A DNA stretch of 64,000 nt from Rhina ancylostomus. Lineage: Eukaryota. Shown piece by piece: positions 11,901 through 25,425 of the stretch. The notes beneath the pieces were generated by a model. It saw nothing but the letters and a program-made list of their open reading frames with translations. It was not told the origin of the DNA and searched no databases. Position 1 is the stretch's first letter, and each line of letters starts with the position of its first letter. The stretch covers positions 19,368,044-19,432,043 of the forward strand of contig JARFYF010000050.1 in NCBI GenBank assembly GCA_030265395.1, given 5' to 3'. A program made the translations under genes and the position numbers.

Positions 11901-13789
11901 GAGCTGCCAAAGAAGAGAAGAAATGTATTTAAAACTACAAAATTGCCAGGGCATGGAGTCACAGTTGATTAGAAAAAATCAATAAGGGTCTGTGAATAGC
12001 AGCTTCCAAAGACACATTACTAATTGTGAAGTGGTATATGCACTCATTGAGCTATAACTTCATTCTGCATGCTCCAGGATATTTTGACATTCTCACATTG
12101 GCACAGATTTCAGCAGCAGCACTGTTCCAGCTCTATTTATGCACATAGAACCAAGATGGAACTATTCAAACTGCTTTAGTAATAGTCAACTTAAGCCACA
12201 TATCTTCAGCATTTGAAAGGATTGACTTTTTGACTGGTACAATCCCAAGTGACTGCAGACAGATGATTTGCTTCCTTCTTATGATGGATTAAGTATTTTC
12301 TGCTCATAAAATAATTACAAAGGAACACACAGAGAGCATCACATTCTGGCAGGTGCTTCACAACTTCCCACTCTTAACAGGTTTGTTGCTTTGAATTTCC
12401 TTTCAGCATTTGAGTAAATATTCAGCATTAAGCTTTCCCATGTTGCAGAGTGTGTAGAATGGAATGGAAAAGGTTAATTGTCCTTGGTTTAGAATTTTAC
12501 AGGAATGGAATTCATCAAGGGGACGCTGCAGATGATGTCTTCCCAAACAATTGTGCAGTTATAGAGTATCACATATGGCAACTGATAAGGTGTACAGGAT
12601 AGTTCCTCTTAAAGCATGTGTGTTTGTATGTCAGCTTATAAATAAGATGGAAAGCAGAGAGATCCCAGCTGCAATAAGCTCGTTGCAGTGAACAGATTCC
12701 AGGGACATTTCAGATTACTGGAACTCAAATCTGGTTTACTGTCTCTTAAAGACTCATTCCTATAAGAGTCTTGCTTTGCCAAGTTTCTCCAACCAAAAAG
12801 GACTAAAAGCAGAAGCAACAACTACCAGAGAAATATAGATTTAAACAAACCCTCTCGACCATTAAAATCTCATTATATTTTGTTAAATTATGCAGAAATC
12901 ATGAGATATTAAAACAAAATGGTGATTAGTAAGATTATTATATTTGATGGAAAAATAAATGTTCCTTAACTATCAATCACACTAGTGATGTGAATCATGG
13001 TTGAAGTCTACTTTATTAATTATTTTGTTGAAATGAGGTAGAAGCATACTTGAGAGTGAAAAATCTGGGGTGGTGATGGGAATGTAGGGATATCAATCCA
13101 AGGTTTCTGTCACGACCACTAACATTAATTGAATTTGTTTTCTTCATTTGAGGAACTTGGGGCTATACCAGTTCTGCACATGCACTGATGCAGGAATAAC
13201 CATTATGATGAGTGTGTTTTCATTCCAAGCATGGCTCTGCTTGATTTATATTGAAATGAATTTGGGCCTTCCAATGTCTCACATTTTCAGTGAGGCAGGG
13301 TACTTGCACGAAAGTATGAAACCATATCAGACTAATTTTAATTTTCATAAAACAACTTTGGACATGATAAAAATCAAGTATTGCATCTATTGCAGCTACA
13401 CACTGGACTTTCGTGCTGGTTTATGCCATCTACAAGACTTCCTCAGTTTTCCCTACCCTTTCATCCTCTTTTATACACCTTAACACTGCTTTTGATCCAG
13501 GACTAACTCCACAATATTTTATCATCATTTAGCACAGGCACTGTGAAACAAATGGCATGTTTCTCTGCTGTATGACTCTATTGCTCTTTCTCATCCCAAA
13601 GGCACTTTATCCCATGAGTCAATCACATCCCACCAAAACTCGGGATGAGTGTATTATTTTCTCTTGACACAATACTCAATAACATCCCTAACTGTCTCAT
13701 TTGAGAGGCAACAGTCCCCCTTTCTAAACCATTAATACCCCACTTCTTAAAAATACCATTCCCCATTGAAGAGTCCAAACACAATCTTT

Positions 13790-14390
13790 CCATTTTCTCC
13801 ACATTATCCCCAATCTCCCTTCATCATCAATCAGCTCTACTCCTGATATTCTTCTTTTTGAATTCCATTGCCCAGAGCATCAAGAATCTCCTACTATGTT
13901 CAACAATAATGTCTTGTGTAATTGTGTTAAACTCTCCGTTTCATTAATATAGTTGACCGCATCATTTTCTCTTTGGACTTCTCTCAGTTGATTGACAAAG
14001 CACCACGTTCTCATGGTCCAACTGTACCATCTCTTCAGAAACCCTGAAGTATCTTGTTCCTGTTGTACTCAGTCATTGGACAACAGATTAGTATTGGGGA
14101 ATTAAATTTAACACTTGATTTTTGCCAGCTGTACATCTTAAGATTTCTCAATTCATCATCATATATCTCTATATCCTAATGCGTGTGCTGGACAACGATG
14201 TCACCTATTTCTGCTTATTCTCCTACTTTTGTACTGAGATTCCGCATCCTGTGCCAAATATTAAATCATCAATACGTAGAGGACAAAAGTGTACTGACAT
14301 CCAGGGCATTCTGCTTTAAACATTCTCCAAAAAAGCAACACCAATTTACCATAACTGACCCAAATACAAGAAACTGGCTTCCATGAACTG
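13790..14390 (+). mobile_element. Highly decayed L2-like LINE RT fragment
   Basis: Pyrimidine-rich segment with weak resemblance to the L2 motifs VDH.IL (GTTGACCGCATCATT) and cl.DIq (TGTACTGACATCCAG). Confidence 0.35.
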
Positions 14391-15914
14391 AATTTCAGTA
14401 ATGGAGTTCAATGCATATTTATTACTGTTGTGCGTTTGGTACAAGAAACAAAGAAAAAATTCCTACCCTTGTAATGTGGTTAACTGTCTGTCCATGCTGT
14501 CACCTATGCCCTTATATTATGAACATTTGGGTGTGTAAGAGATATCAGCGATTCAATATATTGAATGCCTTCAAAACATCCATCTACTTCATCAATCCTT
14601 TATCTATCCAATTGATAGGTTCTTCAGATATCTCTATTCAATTTGTCAAGCATAATGCACATTTAATAAACCTATATTGGTGGTTCTTGTTTAAGTCATC
14701 TATATCCAAATGTTTACTAAGTTCACCTTGCTTTATAGCTCCTCAGGGCCTGAAATTCGTAGTTGCCTTGTTGGAGCTGAGAGAATGTGAGACATTCTCC
14801 AGTATACATTTTATGGCCCCTTGAAATATAAAGCTGATTTAACTGGTAGATGCAGCAGGCTGATGTGAACAGAGGCTTCGAGTTGATGGAGGGTGGAGGT
14901 AATATAGGCAGTGGTTAGAGAAAAAGGTGAGGAAAGTGATTCACTGTGAAATGGAGGCTAAAGTTTTCACAATTTTCTTCTATTAAGATACAAGTTGGTT
15001 TGATTTATTGTATAATTCATTGCAAATGCTTACCAGATTTGCAAATTGTAAAACAAGACACACCTGCAACCTGTTAATAGGTCACTTCAACACGCAATAA
15101 ATACAGGAGCAAGGGAATTCTTTGTAAGAGATGGATGCCACCAATAAAATACATTGAATCTGAACATATGAACTATGGCATTGCTGATGACAGCAGCAGT
15201 TTTCAGTTCTCTCAGCATCTTTGAAATTGGCCCTCTGATTAGTGTCAAAGTATTTGAGGACACAGGGAAACATACATCAAAATAAGCAACAACTCCAGTT
15301 AAAGTTGATCGCTTTTCCAATTTTTATTTTGAAACTTTTACCTTTTGGGGAAAAATAAGGCTGGAAATTTCAACACAAACATTCTTCATAATATTTACAG
15401 TGATGTTATCTAAAATAACCAAGCAATAATCTTTGGTATACTTTACATTGTTTTTAAAATCTAGTTTACCATCCTTAAAGCCTTCAAGCTTTGGCAATTG
15501 AAAATAATCTGAAGCTAATTGGTTCTCCTACAGTCTGAAGTACTATTACATCAATATTTGTTTAAGTAGCTAGAAATACTCTTACAGAAATCCCTGCAGG
15601 ATTTCCAGGGTACGATCACAAAGTAAAAGAAAATGAACATTGATCAGAATCTCCTTTTCACTCATCTATGAGTCTTTTTTTCATTCTTGATGCTAAGTCA
15701 AAACGAGCAAATGAAAGAGTAAACTAATTTCTATCCAAACATTGGAGTTGCTGTCCTCGGCGAGTGTTAGAATGATAATATTAAATTGATTGTTAAGCTG
15801 ACGACTGATGCCCATGGTCTATTGCATCACTGGGCCATAATTTCACCTCACTCTTGGCCATGTCCCCACTGAATAAAGACAATTTTCTTTAAACATTTCC
15901 ATATTTCCTTACAA

Positions 15915-16230
15915 GATAAAAGGAGGCCGTTTGGCATATTAAGTCTACACCGGTTCACAGAGCAATTCTATTCACTCACTTATGTTCTCTAACTTGTTCT
16001 CCCTACCCCATCAATTCTATTACCTAATTACACTTGAGGCAATTTACAGTGGCCAATTTAACCTACCGACTTGCATGTCTTTGGGGTTTGGGAACAAATG
16101 AGAGCACCATAAGGAAACCCAAGTAGTCACAATCAGAACATGCAAGCTCCACACAGACAGTATTAGAAGTCAGGATTGAATCCAGACCAGTGAAACTGTG
16201 AGGCAGCATTTCTACTATCTGTGACTAACT
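15915..16230 (-). mobile_element. HE1-like V-SINE
   Basis: V-domain in reverse (GGCAATTTACAGTGGCCAATTTAACCTA...CATGTCTTTGG...AGAACATGCAAGCTCCACACAGACAG) followed by a reversed tRNA B-box (CAGGATTGAATCCAG). Confidence 0.85.
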
Positions 16231-17884
16231 GGGTTGATTTGGACATTACTAAAAGGTACAAACAGTTTTGAAAAATTAGAGGAATACCACTATGATAGAT
16301 GACTGCTGATGTCCAGTATAATTAATTTTGAATTTTGTATATCTTTCAGGCCTAGTTTCATATACTTGTGGTAGAGCTTTTTAAAGTTCTGCGCAAGTTT
16401 GTCTTGCAAAACTTCATAACATTGTGCCAAAAATTCTATTAGAATTTTATGGCAGCTTGTTTTTAGTTTGGGTTTCAGCATTTGGTTCTCTGGAGGTCAT
16501 GGAGTTGAGTTGCAGTTCACTGCTTGTAACTCAAGACTTTCTGTCCTCTATCAATGACTCTGCTGTTTCCTGTCGGCCCTTTGCAGGGAGTGGTTTGACA
16601 AATTTGAGTTTTACAACACCCTTTGGTCTCTGTTTCTCTTCATTCTTTTTTCTGTAACACGTATAACAATTGTTACAAAGGGATTCTGTTATGATTGTAC
16701 CACTTTACCCGATGAGAGAAACTTAGTTTCTGCAGAATCTTCTACCTGCTCCAAGGTTCACGTTGCTAGGATATGTGTTCGGATATTTAACATTAGATGC
16801 ACCCAGACAGATTTTTTTGTTTCACCCTGAAGTGACACAGCTGAGATGAGCAAAAGTATCATTGTCCAACTCTCTAATTACAGTCAGAATGGAGGTCATG
16901 CAGTAGAAATTTATCCTTGCAATATATTTGCATTGAACTTCACTTCTGAAATGTGTTTGTATTGAAATCTCACACGGTACTGCTTCAAATACTTGACACG
17001 CCCAACAGAAGACGAATTTCTACCCCATTGTCTTTTACTTGGAAGACTGACCCTTTGAGTGTTGCAACTGAGCCATCCAATTAGGGAATCTCTCAGAAAA
17101 GAATTGGATTTTAGTACTTCATTTCCTAAGCTTGGCTGGTAAATAGTTGCTCAGCTTCCTTGTAAAGTTTTGTGCATATAGAATATTTAAGTATCTGATA
17201 ATGTGAATTGACATTTGCCTATTTCTCAGATATTTCATCCTCCAGGAGCAACAATGGGAACTGTATGAGGGTGTAAGGAAGTGGAAGTCATATTGACAAG
17301 GGGGAAAGTATGCCTGTCCCCGGGATTTGATCGTATGATATAATCTAGAAACCAAAAGACCATAAAATGTGGAGAATAATTGCATATCTTCAAGATGGAA
17401 CAGAATATCGCCCGTGAAACCTGGTCACACCTTCAGCAGCTGCATTTTAAATTTAGTTCCTCTGAGTTCATTGAAAATAATATGCTATAATAAATCCCTT
17501 CAAGTTTACAATGGGCTTTTGACATGGTGACATCACTGCCAAATTATAAACATGTGTAGGAACCACATGCGCCGGAGATGCATAGAACACTGTGCTGGAT
17601 ATCATGTGACTGGACGTCAACTGCCTGTACTATTTCAACTTAACTCATGTAAAGTTTAAGAGATTACAGCTAAAAGTGCTGTGGAACTGTTTAATAGGAG
17701 AAAGTCAGGTACCACAAATTACATAGAGCAACAAAATGTTTTGACTTGACTTGTACAGTTTTGATATTCCATTGCATATGAGGCATAAAGAGTCCCATAT
17801 TGGATTTCCAGAGCTCACAGAGGAAGTGAATTAAGGAGAAGGTTGCATGTCAGAGAGGGAGGAAGGGAAATGAGAGCTGCCTGC

Positions 17885-17960
17885 ACACAGAGGCGGGCAG
17901 TGAGCGTTACAGAAGGCTGCATAAAAGTGGCAGTGAAAGCACCGCGTCTTCTCAGGGCTC
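17885..17960 (+). promoter_or_regulatory. Candidate core promoter (GC-box-like plus TATA-like)
   Basis: AGGCGGGC at 17891-17898, CATAAAA at 17920-17926, local CpG retention, and a consensus donor CAG|GTTAGT at 18236/18237 downstream. Confidence 0.3.
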
Positions 17961-18914
17961 CTGCCAAAGTAAANNNNNNNNNNNNNNNNNNNNNNNNNNN
18001 NNNNNNNNNNNNNNNNNNNNNNNNNNNNNNNNNNNNNNNNNNNNNNNNNNNNNNNNNNNNNNNNNNNNNNNNNATACAACTGCAGAGCAGAGAACCTGGT
18101 ATTGCAAAGTGGGTCAACAGCAGCAATCAAAGTAGCAAGCAACCACAGCAAGCAGGAGAGCCGTCAGATCTGAGGAATGAATGATAAGCTCAAAAAGTGT
18201 GATATGCTGGCTATCATACAGAGAGATATGGAACAGGTTAGTGAGTTTGGAGATGGGCCAGACACTCACCTGGGATACTGTGGAAGGAAGAAATTCCACT
18301 TCCTTGAAACCTCACCTCTTTTGTTCTCCAGGTGGAAATCATACAACACACATTTAGCACAAACAACAGAATCTCTACACTATTGTGTTATAATAGCTGT
18401 CGTTTCTGAAGCATATCACAGAAGGAATCTATTTTCCTGTTGCTCATCAGCCTGAGTAATTCCGGTGTTACTCAGGGGCCACTCTCCTCTGAGTTGCCAC
18501 ATTACCCATCTCGTATTAACCCTTCACAATCAATCTATTGAACAATTCTAGTAACATTGGAGATGGTTGTTATTTTCCACTATTCCACAAGTTCTACAAT
18601 AGTTGACACAGATTGGAAGATAATGAATTTAACACCAGTTCTTAAGAAAACGGAGAAAGAAAATGGGATATTGTAGCTGGTCAGTCAGGTATCAGCAGTA
18701 GCAAAAATGTTATGATCTATTATTAAGGAAATAGTAGAAGTGCATTTGGAAAATAATAATAGGATTTGGTAGGGTCAGGATGGATTTATGAAGTGTTTGA
18801 CAAATGTGTTAGTGATTGTTGGGGTTCAAAACCAGCAGAATAGATAAGGAGGACCCACTAATGTGGTGTCTTTAGACTTTTCAAAGGGCTTCCATGAGAT
18901 GCCACACAAGGAGT

Positions 18915-19196
18915 TTAAGATATAAGATATTTATTTATTAATTATATGTACATCGAACAGTGAAATGTGTCTTTTTGCGTTACTAAGAATGTACTGGGGG
19001 CAGCCTGCAAGTGTCGTCACCCTTCCATTGCCAACATAGCATGTTCACAGCTCCTAACCTGTACGTCTTTTGAATGTGGGACGAAACTGGAGCACCCAGT
19101 GGAAACCCACACAGATATGGGGAGAATGTATAAACTCCTTACAGACAGCAGCAGGAGTTGAACCCGGGTCGCTGGCGCTGTAATAGTGTTACGCTA
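18915..19196 (-). mobile_element. tRNA-derived V-domain SINE with a distinct tail, nested in CR1
   Basis: TTTGAATGTGGGACGAAACTGGAGCACCCAGTGGAAACCCACACAG...GTTGAACCCGGGTCGCTGGCGCTGTAA splits the CR1 PHK/LNKIRA motif. Confidence 0.85.
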
Positions 19197-19862
19197 TTAA
19201 ACAAAATTAGAGCATTTGGGATTGGCATGGGCTGAAAATTGGTTAATGGACAGAAAATACATGGATGGTTTTTTGAGTTGGGAAGCTGTGACTAGCGGGA
19301 TACTGCAGGGATTGGTGCTAGGGCTGCAGTGGTTCACAATCCACACTAACGAGTTGAGTGAGAGAACAAAGAGTCAAATATCCACATTTACTGATGTTAC
19401 AAAGCTGTGTGGCAGTGTGAGTTGATGCTTGGAAGTGAATGGGCAAGGACATGGCGAATGTAATGTGGAAAAATGTGAAGACACTTCAGTAGAAATGAAA
19501 TGAAAAATAAAGTACATTTCAAATGGTGAGAAATTACAGTGTTGGTGTTCAGAGGCTCCTTGTACATCAATCACTGAAATTTAATGTAGAGACATGCCAA
19601 GCAATTAAGAAGGCAGACAATTTGTTGACCTTTATTGCAAGAAGGTTTGAGTACAAGAGTAAAGATCTTTACTGCTATTATATATGGTCATGGTGAGACT
19701 GGACCTGGTATGTTGTGTACGGATCTGCTCTCTTTACTTAAGATAGAGGAACTGCAGTAAAAGTTCACCAGATTGATCCCTTGGATAGGGGATTTGTAAT
19801 AGGAGTTGAGAGTAGGCAGACTGGGCCTGCAGAAGTCATCTTATTGAAACATGAAATATTCT

Positions 19863-20187
19863 CAGCACATAGTGGCCTGGCAAGTCCAATCTTCACCTCC
19901 GATGATGTCTGTGTGGGGTTTGCATGTTCTCCCTGTGATTAGATTGTTTTCCCCAGGTTCTCTGGATTCTATCCACATCCCAAAGACATGAGGGTTAGTA
20001 GGTTAATTGGCCACTGTAAACTGACCCTCACGTATAGGTAAGTGGTAGAATCTGGGGAGGGTTGCTGGAAATATAAGGAGAATAAATATGAGGTTAGTGT
20101 AGATGGATAGCCTGATGATCTGAGGGGACTCAGTGGGCCAAAGAGCATGTTTCCCTGCTGTACAACTCTTTGACTCTCTATGACTAT
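19863..20187 (+). mobile_element. HE1-like V-SINE nested in CR1
   Basis: GTCTGTGTGGGGTTTGCATGTTCTCCCTGTG...CCACATCCCAAAGACATG...GGTTAATTGGCCACTGTAAA, ending in TGACTCTCTATGACTATG. Confidence 0.85.
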
Positions 20188-23100
20188 GTAGCGTGACAGG
20201 ATGATATTACCTCTGGTAAGGGTGTGCAGACAGGAGTCACAGTCTCAAAATAAGGAATCAATCATTCAGCATTGAGATAAGAAGACATTTCCTCAAAGAG
20301 GGGATAGACAATCTTTGGAATTCTCTACCTAAAAGGGCTGTTGAAGCTCAGTTACCAAGTATTTTCAAGACAGAGTTTAATAATTCTTTGGATATTCAAG
20401 CAAAAGAAGCATATGGGGTTAGTACAGGAAGGTGACATTGAAGTAAAAGAGCTACCATGATAGTTAATGGCTGAGTAGGTAGTTTGGGTTGTATGGCCCA
20501 CTCCTACTTACACTTCTCATATTCTTTCCCATGGGCCCCGTCCTTTTCTGGTATCTTTTATGGATTGTCACCCCCTCCCCCCCACCCCCCCGTGTTTCNN
20601 NNNNTCTCTCTCTCTCTCTGTTTCTCTTCATCCATGCTTTCATTATCCTGAATTAGTGAGCACTGGCTTTTGTGCGTTAATATTTTGGAAAGTATGATCC
20701 AGAAATTGAAACATTCCTGGAAATATTGCAGTGTAGCCAATTGCAGTTTAATTTCGTAGATACTTCAAGGTACAAGCATGTTGAAGATAGTCAATAACTG
20801 GCTAACAGAAGTGGCCGATAAAACAAAATTCATACCACGTGCTCAGAACAATTCTTAACAGTAAACACACACATTCAAAATAAGGGATCAGCCAATCTGC
20901 ACCTCTGCATACATTGCAGGAGCACCCTGGAATGCCAGCACCTTGTAGGCAACTTCAAAACTACATAATTTTAATCTTAGAAAACATGAAACTTGCATGT
21001 GGATCAACCTCTGCTTTGCATGTGTTAATTGCAGGAAAAAAAACCTCTTGTTCAACAACATATCAAGGCTGAACTCCCCCATGGGAATAACTTGTGCACT
21101 TTCCTCAATGTTTACACTTCACTGACTTCTTGTTTCTTGAAGTTAATTTCTCACTATCCAGCTCATATTTATACCACAGCTCATCACTGTTCTTTTAAAA
21201 CTAATGAGTTCCATCATACTTGCTGCAAACAGCCTTTCATAAGGTACAAAGTAAAAAGGACAGCTAAAATTAAAATCCAGATCCAGCAATGAATGAAAAT
21301 TTCAGACCTATAGTTCAGTCATGTCCTTTTCAAACTAAATTCTACTCCACTCACCCGTCATGGTCTCTCACAACATCCAGTTCAATATGGACATGAAGCC
21401 TCCAATCACTTCAAGATTCCACTTAGGATCATCTAAAATTAAGTCTTGATTAGGGGAACAGTGGCCTGAACTTCCTTTCAGATCACCATTGTTGACTTGG
21501 TGATAGCTTTGTCTGCTTTAGGCCTATTTAAGCTAATTAACATATGGAGGGTCTATTGGTAACAGATAACCATCTAAATGCTATCTTCAAATTGGAGTTT
21601 GTTAACCAACACAAGTTCTTTTCTGTGCTTGTGCATTTGGCCCCATTGGCAGCCAGCACTCCAACCTGCTGAGCTACGCATGCCGCGAGTTTATCAGTTT
21701 GAAACCATAGCGACAGGTTGCATGTTATTCTCCCACTTTTCCCAAGACAATATGCTTGATATAAAAGAGACGGCACAATCATGCACCATACTTGGATCTG
21801 TCAAGTACTATACAGTTGGTCTGACAACTGGGAAGACGGCAGTTCCTGTCAGTGTCTCCCTTCATTTACTGTCAAGTGCTTTTTCTCCTTTGTTTGGCTA
21901 ACCAAAGATGGTGTTTGAAGAGGAGAACAATGCAATCACTGAATAAACTGGAGCAAAGCTAACCCTGTCATCCTTCATAAGTATAATACACCAATCTCAG
22001 CTCAATCAGCTGCGAGCAGCAGCTTTGTATAAATTAAACACATACACTTCTGGATATGCTATGTATGTGTAATATATACATATATATAAAATAAAGGTTA
22101 TTAGAATTGTACTTGCAGATTACAGGTAATATGATATGACATTAATGTAGAATACAAATGTGAATGGAGTTACCAGTGGACAATACTGTTAACATGTTCA
22201 GATTCAAGCTGGCAAATTGTGTTTATAAATTGTTCCTGTTACAACCCAAATCAAATTATCTGTATGCGTTTGAATTGCTCTCTCCCTCTCAGCTCAGGGG
22301 CTGTGGTTGCTTTACACAATTAAAGCCTCTGTGATTCTTTTGTTGTAAAATAGCATGACACAGTGCAGCAATATTTCATTTTGAAAGACCGTGCCACAGG
22401 AGAACTATAAAACATTACAAAAATCACTAAAGCCTCCCAGAGTTGCTTGGTNNNNNNNNNNNNNNNNNNNNNNNNNNNNNNNNNNNNNNNNNNNNNNNNN
22501 NNNNNNNNNNNNNNNNNNNNNNNNNNNNNNNNNNNNNNNNNNNNNNNNNNNTAAGGAATTTTTAACTGGCTTCCTATTGATGCCACTTCCTAGACTTGCC
22601 TGAGCTCCACATTGCAAGCTAATGCCTAGGGTTTTAAGACATAAAAAATTTATGGCAATAAACATTTGAAAATCTCTGGACTGATGTATCACAATCAGTA
22701 TTTCATTAGAGGGATAGCATCCATTTTGTTCATGCACAGTGGTTTGTTCAGAGAGCAAAAGCCATGCTCAGGAAAATCTGCAATAAGTTAACTAGTCCCT
22801 CACCAAGCAAATGGAAGTACTGGCCTATGATAAAGGAGAAGCTGGTTCATCAATCCTGCTATGCTCTCAGGGAAAGGCTCTTCCTACCACACAGCAGAAA
22901 TGAAATATCCCAAGGGTAAGACAGCAGAGAAAGGCCAATGGCCACCAGTGGTTAAAAGAACTTTGTAAAAAATCCTCTCAAGCAATCCATACCAGTGTGG
23001 TAGATGACTTGACCATTCACTTATTAACCATTGTACACATTCATAAATAGTACTTCAAGGGTTAATTAGGTATGGGGTAAAGATTGAAGGTTTTGTTCTC

Positions 23101-23783
23101 CTTGAAGTAGTGATGGATGGCCCCAGATGTGGAATTTGAATTATATGTGTGCTGCAGTGCCTAGCACGTTAGATGAAAGGAGAACATTTGTAGAATGGGG
23201 CAGAGCTATGACAATAACACAGGAAACTCTGGAACTGGGTAGCAAGTCAGCTGGCAACATTGGGCATGATCTCTCATTGGAACTGACGTGGTCAGGCTAG
23301 TGAAACTTGTTCATGGGGTTGACCAACAAACAGGAGGAGTGAGAGCCAGAATTTCAAACATTAATCATTGCAGCATTATTAACAAAATGAACATTGAGTG
23401 ATACAAGTATCTCCTCAGTGTCAAGGGTTGATGCTGAGGAAGAGATCAATTATAGAAATGGGGAAAAGAATATAGGCACTGTGACAGAAATGACATGTAA
23501 GTGTACAGCTGTTTTGTGTCGAAGAAAATTGTACTAAACAACAGTATATTTTCTTTTGAATCTTTAGGCATGTGAGGAATTGTGCTGGTATTCTTTGATA
23601 ATGTAAAAATAATTTTTGCCCCTAAAAATAACGGGCCTGCAAATTAACTACCCCATGAATGTATAATATCACCATAACTACAAAATAATTTAAAATATAG
23701 ACGTGGTAAACTTGACCAGCACGTATTTTGTTCTCTGTTTTGTCTTTATTCATTCAGCTTCTAGTAACATTTCAGTAACTTAC

Positions 23784-23935
23784 TTGCCACTCTTCTGCAT
23801 TTGCTTTAGGAAGTCACATATCAGCAGATCTTCAGCCAATAAACACAACCTTGCTTCTCACATTAACAACGTGCTATCATTCGGCTCTACGATGAAAGAG
23901 CTCAGACTTCGGTTGCGTTTACTACAAAATCACTT
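23784..23935 (-). other. Candidate 152-nt exon (non-coding or UTR)
   Basis: Minus-strand acceptor TTTCTTTTTGTTTAG before 23935 and donor CAA|GTAAGT after 23784. It holds 5 CpGs, and all three frames are closed near the start. Confidence 0.35.
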
Positions 23936-25425
23936 CTAAACAAAAAGAAATTAAATTTTGTTTCAGCACAAAATTTGTACCAATAGCTAAAAGATTTGTA
24001 ACACTAGTCTATTTGCCTGCTAAAGATATCTACCTCAGCTAAATTAACTCATTTTGTTTATATGAAGGAACAGGTTGGTGCCTAGAATAGCAATCTATCT
24101 TGACATGAACTAGCAGAAAATGAACAAACAGTGCATGTTTCAGAGTTCAAAAATAAGTGAAGAAAATGTCTATATTTTGAATATTTCCAATAGACTCAGT
24201 TTTTTTTTAATATTGCCAGTGCATACAGTATTTCAGTTTTGTGCTTGCAAACGGAAAATTTCCTTCTGGGGTGGAAGCATTATAATATTTGACTTCTTTT
24301 CTGTTCTAGATGTTGGTGTGAACATCGACAGTTCAGTTTATCTTCATACAGATGGAACCTACCTTGCCACCACACACTGCTGTGCACTGGACACCTTCCT
24401 TGCACGTTAATAAATATACCTAAGAACAGAGGGGAAGAAGAATCTGCAGTGGGCCATCCTTAACGGTTCCTGAATGNNNNNNNNNNNNNNNNNNNNNNNN
24501 NNNNNNNNNNNNNNNNNNNNNNNNNNNNNNNNNNNNNNNNNNNNNNNNNNNNNNNNNNNNNNNNNNNNNNNNNNNNAGCAGGTTCGAACACAGAGCCCTG
24601 TGCTCTAGAACTCGCTTTGTAAACAGCTCAAGGTGATAGTTGCCTTTTCCCCTGATGTCTATAAGAGTGTTCTACTAACTGGAATGAGGTTGGACAATTT
24701 CAAAAGAATTTCTGGCACAGAGTGGTCCAGAATTTGGCACCGAATTGATTGTTTCAGTCAGAGAGGCCACAAGGATTATTTATGAGGGAAATGTTATCAT
24801 CTGGTTGGGATCGTGTGAATTTTTCCCTGCATTTAAGCAGTGAACATCTGATTTGGAAGCTATTATAGCTGGTGCAAATCCCTCAACTTGATATCAAGGT
24901 TGTAATGCTACTTTAATTTCAATATACCTTTGCCCCCACATCCCGAAAGTCAAAGACATTTCAAAAGGTGTGCTGAGAGATCTGACAGAAAAAAGCCTTC
25001 AAGTGCTGCACAGACTTCTGCTAAAAAAAATACATTTTAATGACATTTTGATTTATCTTCTTTGACTTCATTTTTAATAAGAACTTAACAGAAAAAATAT
25101 CTGGGGCAATGTTACCTTCTGGTCCCTGTACACAGGCAGATCTTTAGTGAGCGCCTGTTTCTACTTGAGGAGTTTTATAATTCCTTTGTGTCTGACTGTT
25201 TGCCTCTTGACAGCAGATTTTATAACTTTTATTAATTAGGACTGTCAGCCAGCTTGTCATTAGGACTATCTTTTTATTCAGGGCCCATTAAGCTGTTCTA
25301 ATTCCTGGCTGCTCCCATCCCTTATACCAGATCTACAACTCTCTCTACCTTCATATTAACATAATGATATTTGCGTTCATTATTTGCCAAGAATCTGACA
25401 GGTAGAGCAAGAAGCTTTGACTCAC

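Larger units (their letters stand above)
18575..20525 (+). mobile_element. CR1-clade LINE (RT domain to 3' tail), decayed, with two nested SINEs
   Basis: Recognisable segments are DWKI.N.TPVLKK, HLENNNRI..GQDGFMK, VVSLDFSKGFHEMPHK, LNKIRAFGI, WEAVTSGILQGLVLGLQWFTI and ISTFTDVTKLCG, with a CR1 tail at 20270-20525. Confidence 0.9.

Noticed and set aside
16746-16827. Possible minus-strand exon (CACTTCAG|...CAG|GTAGA)
   Set aside because: All three frames contain stops and the donor is weak, so it is not supportable.
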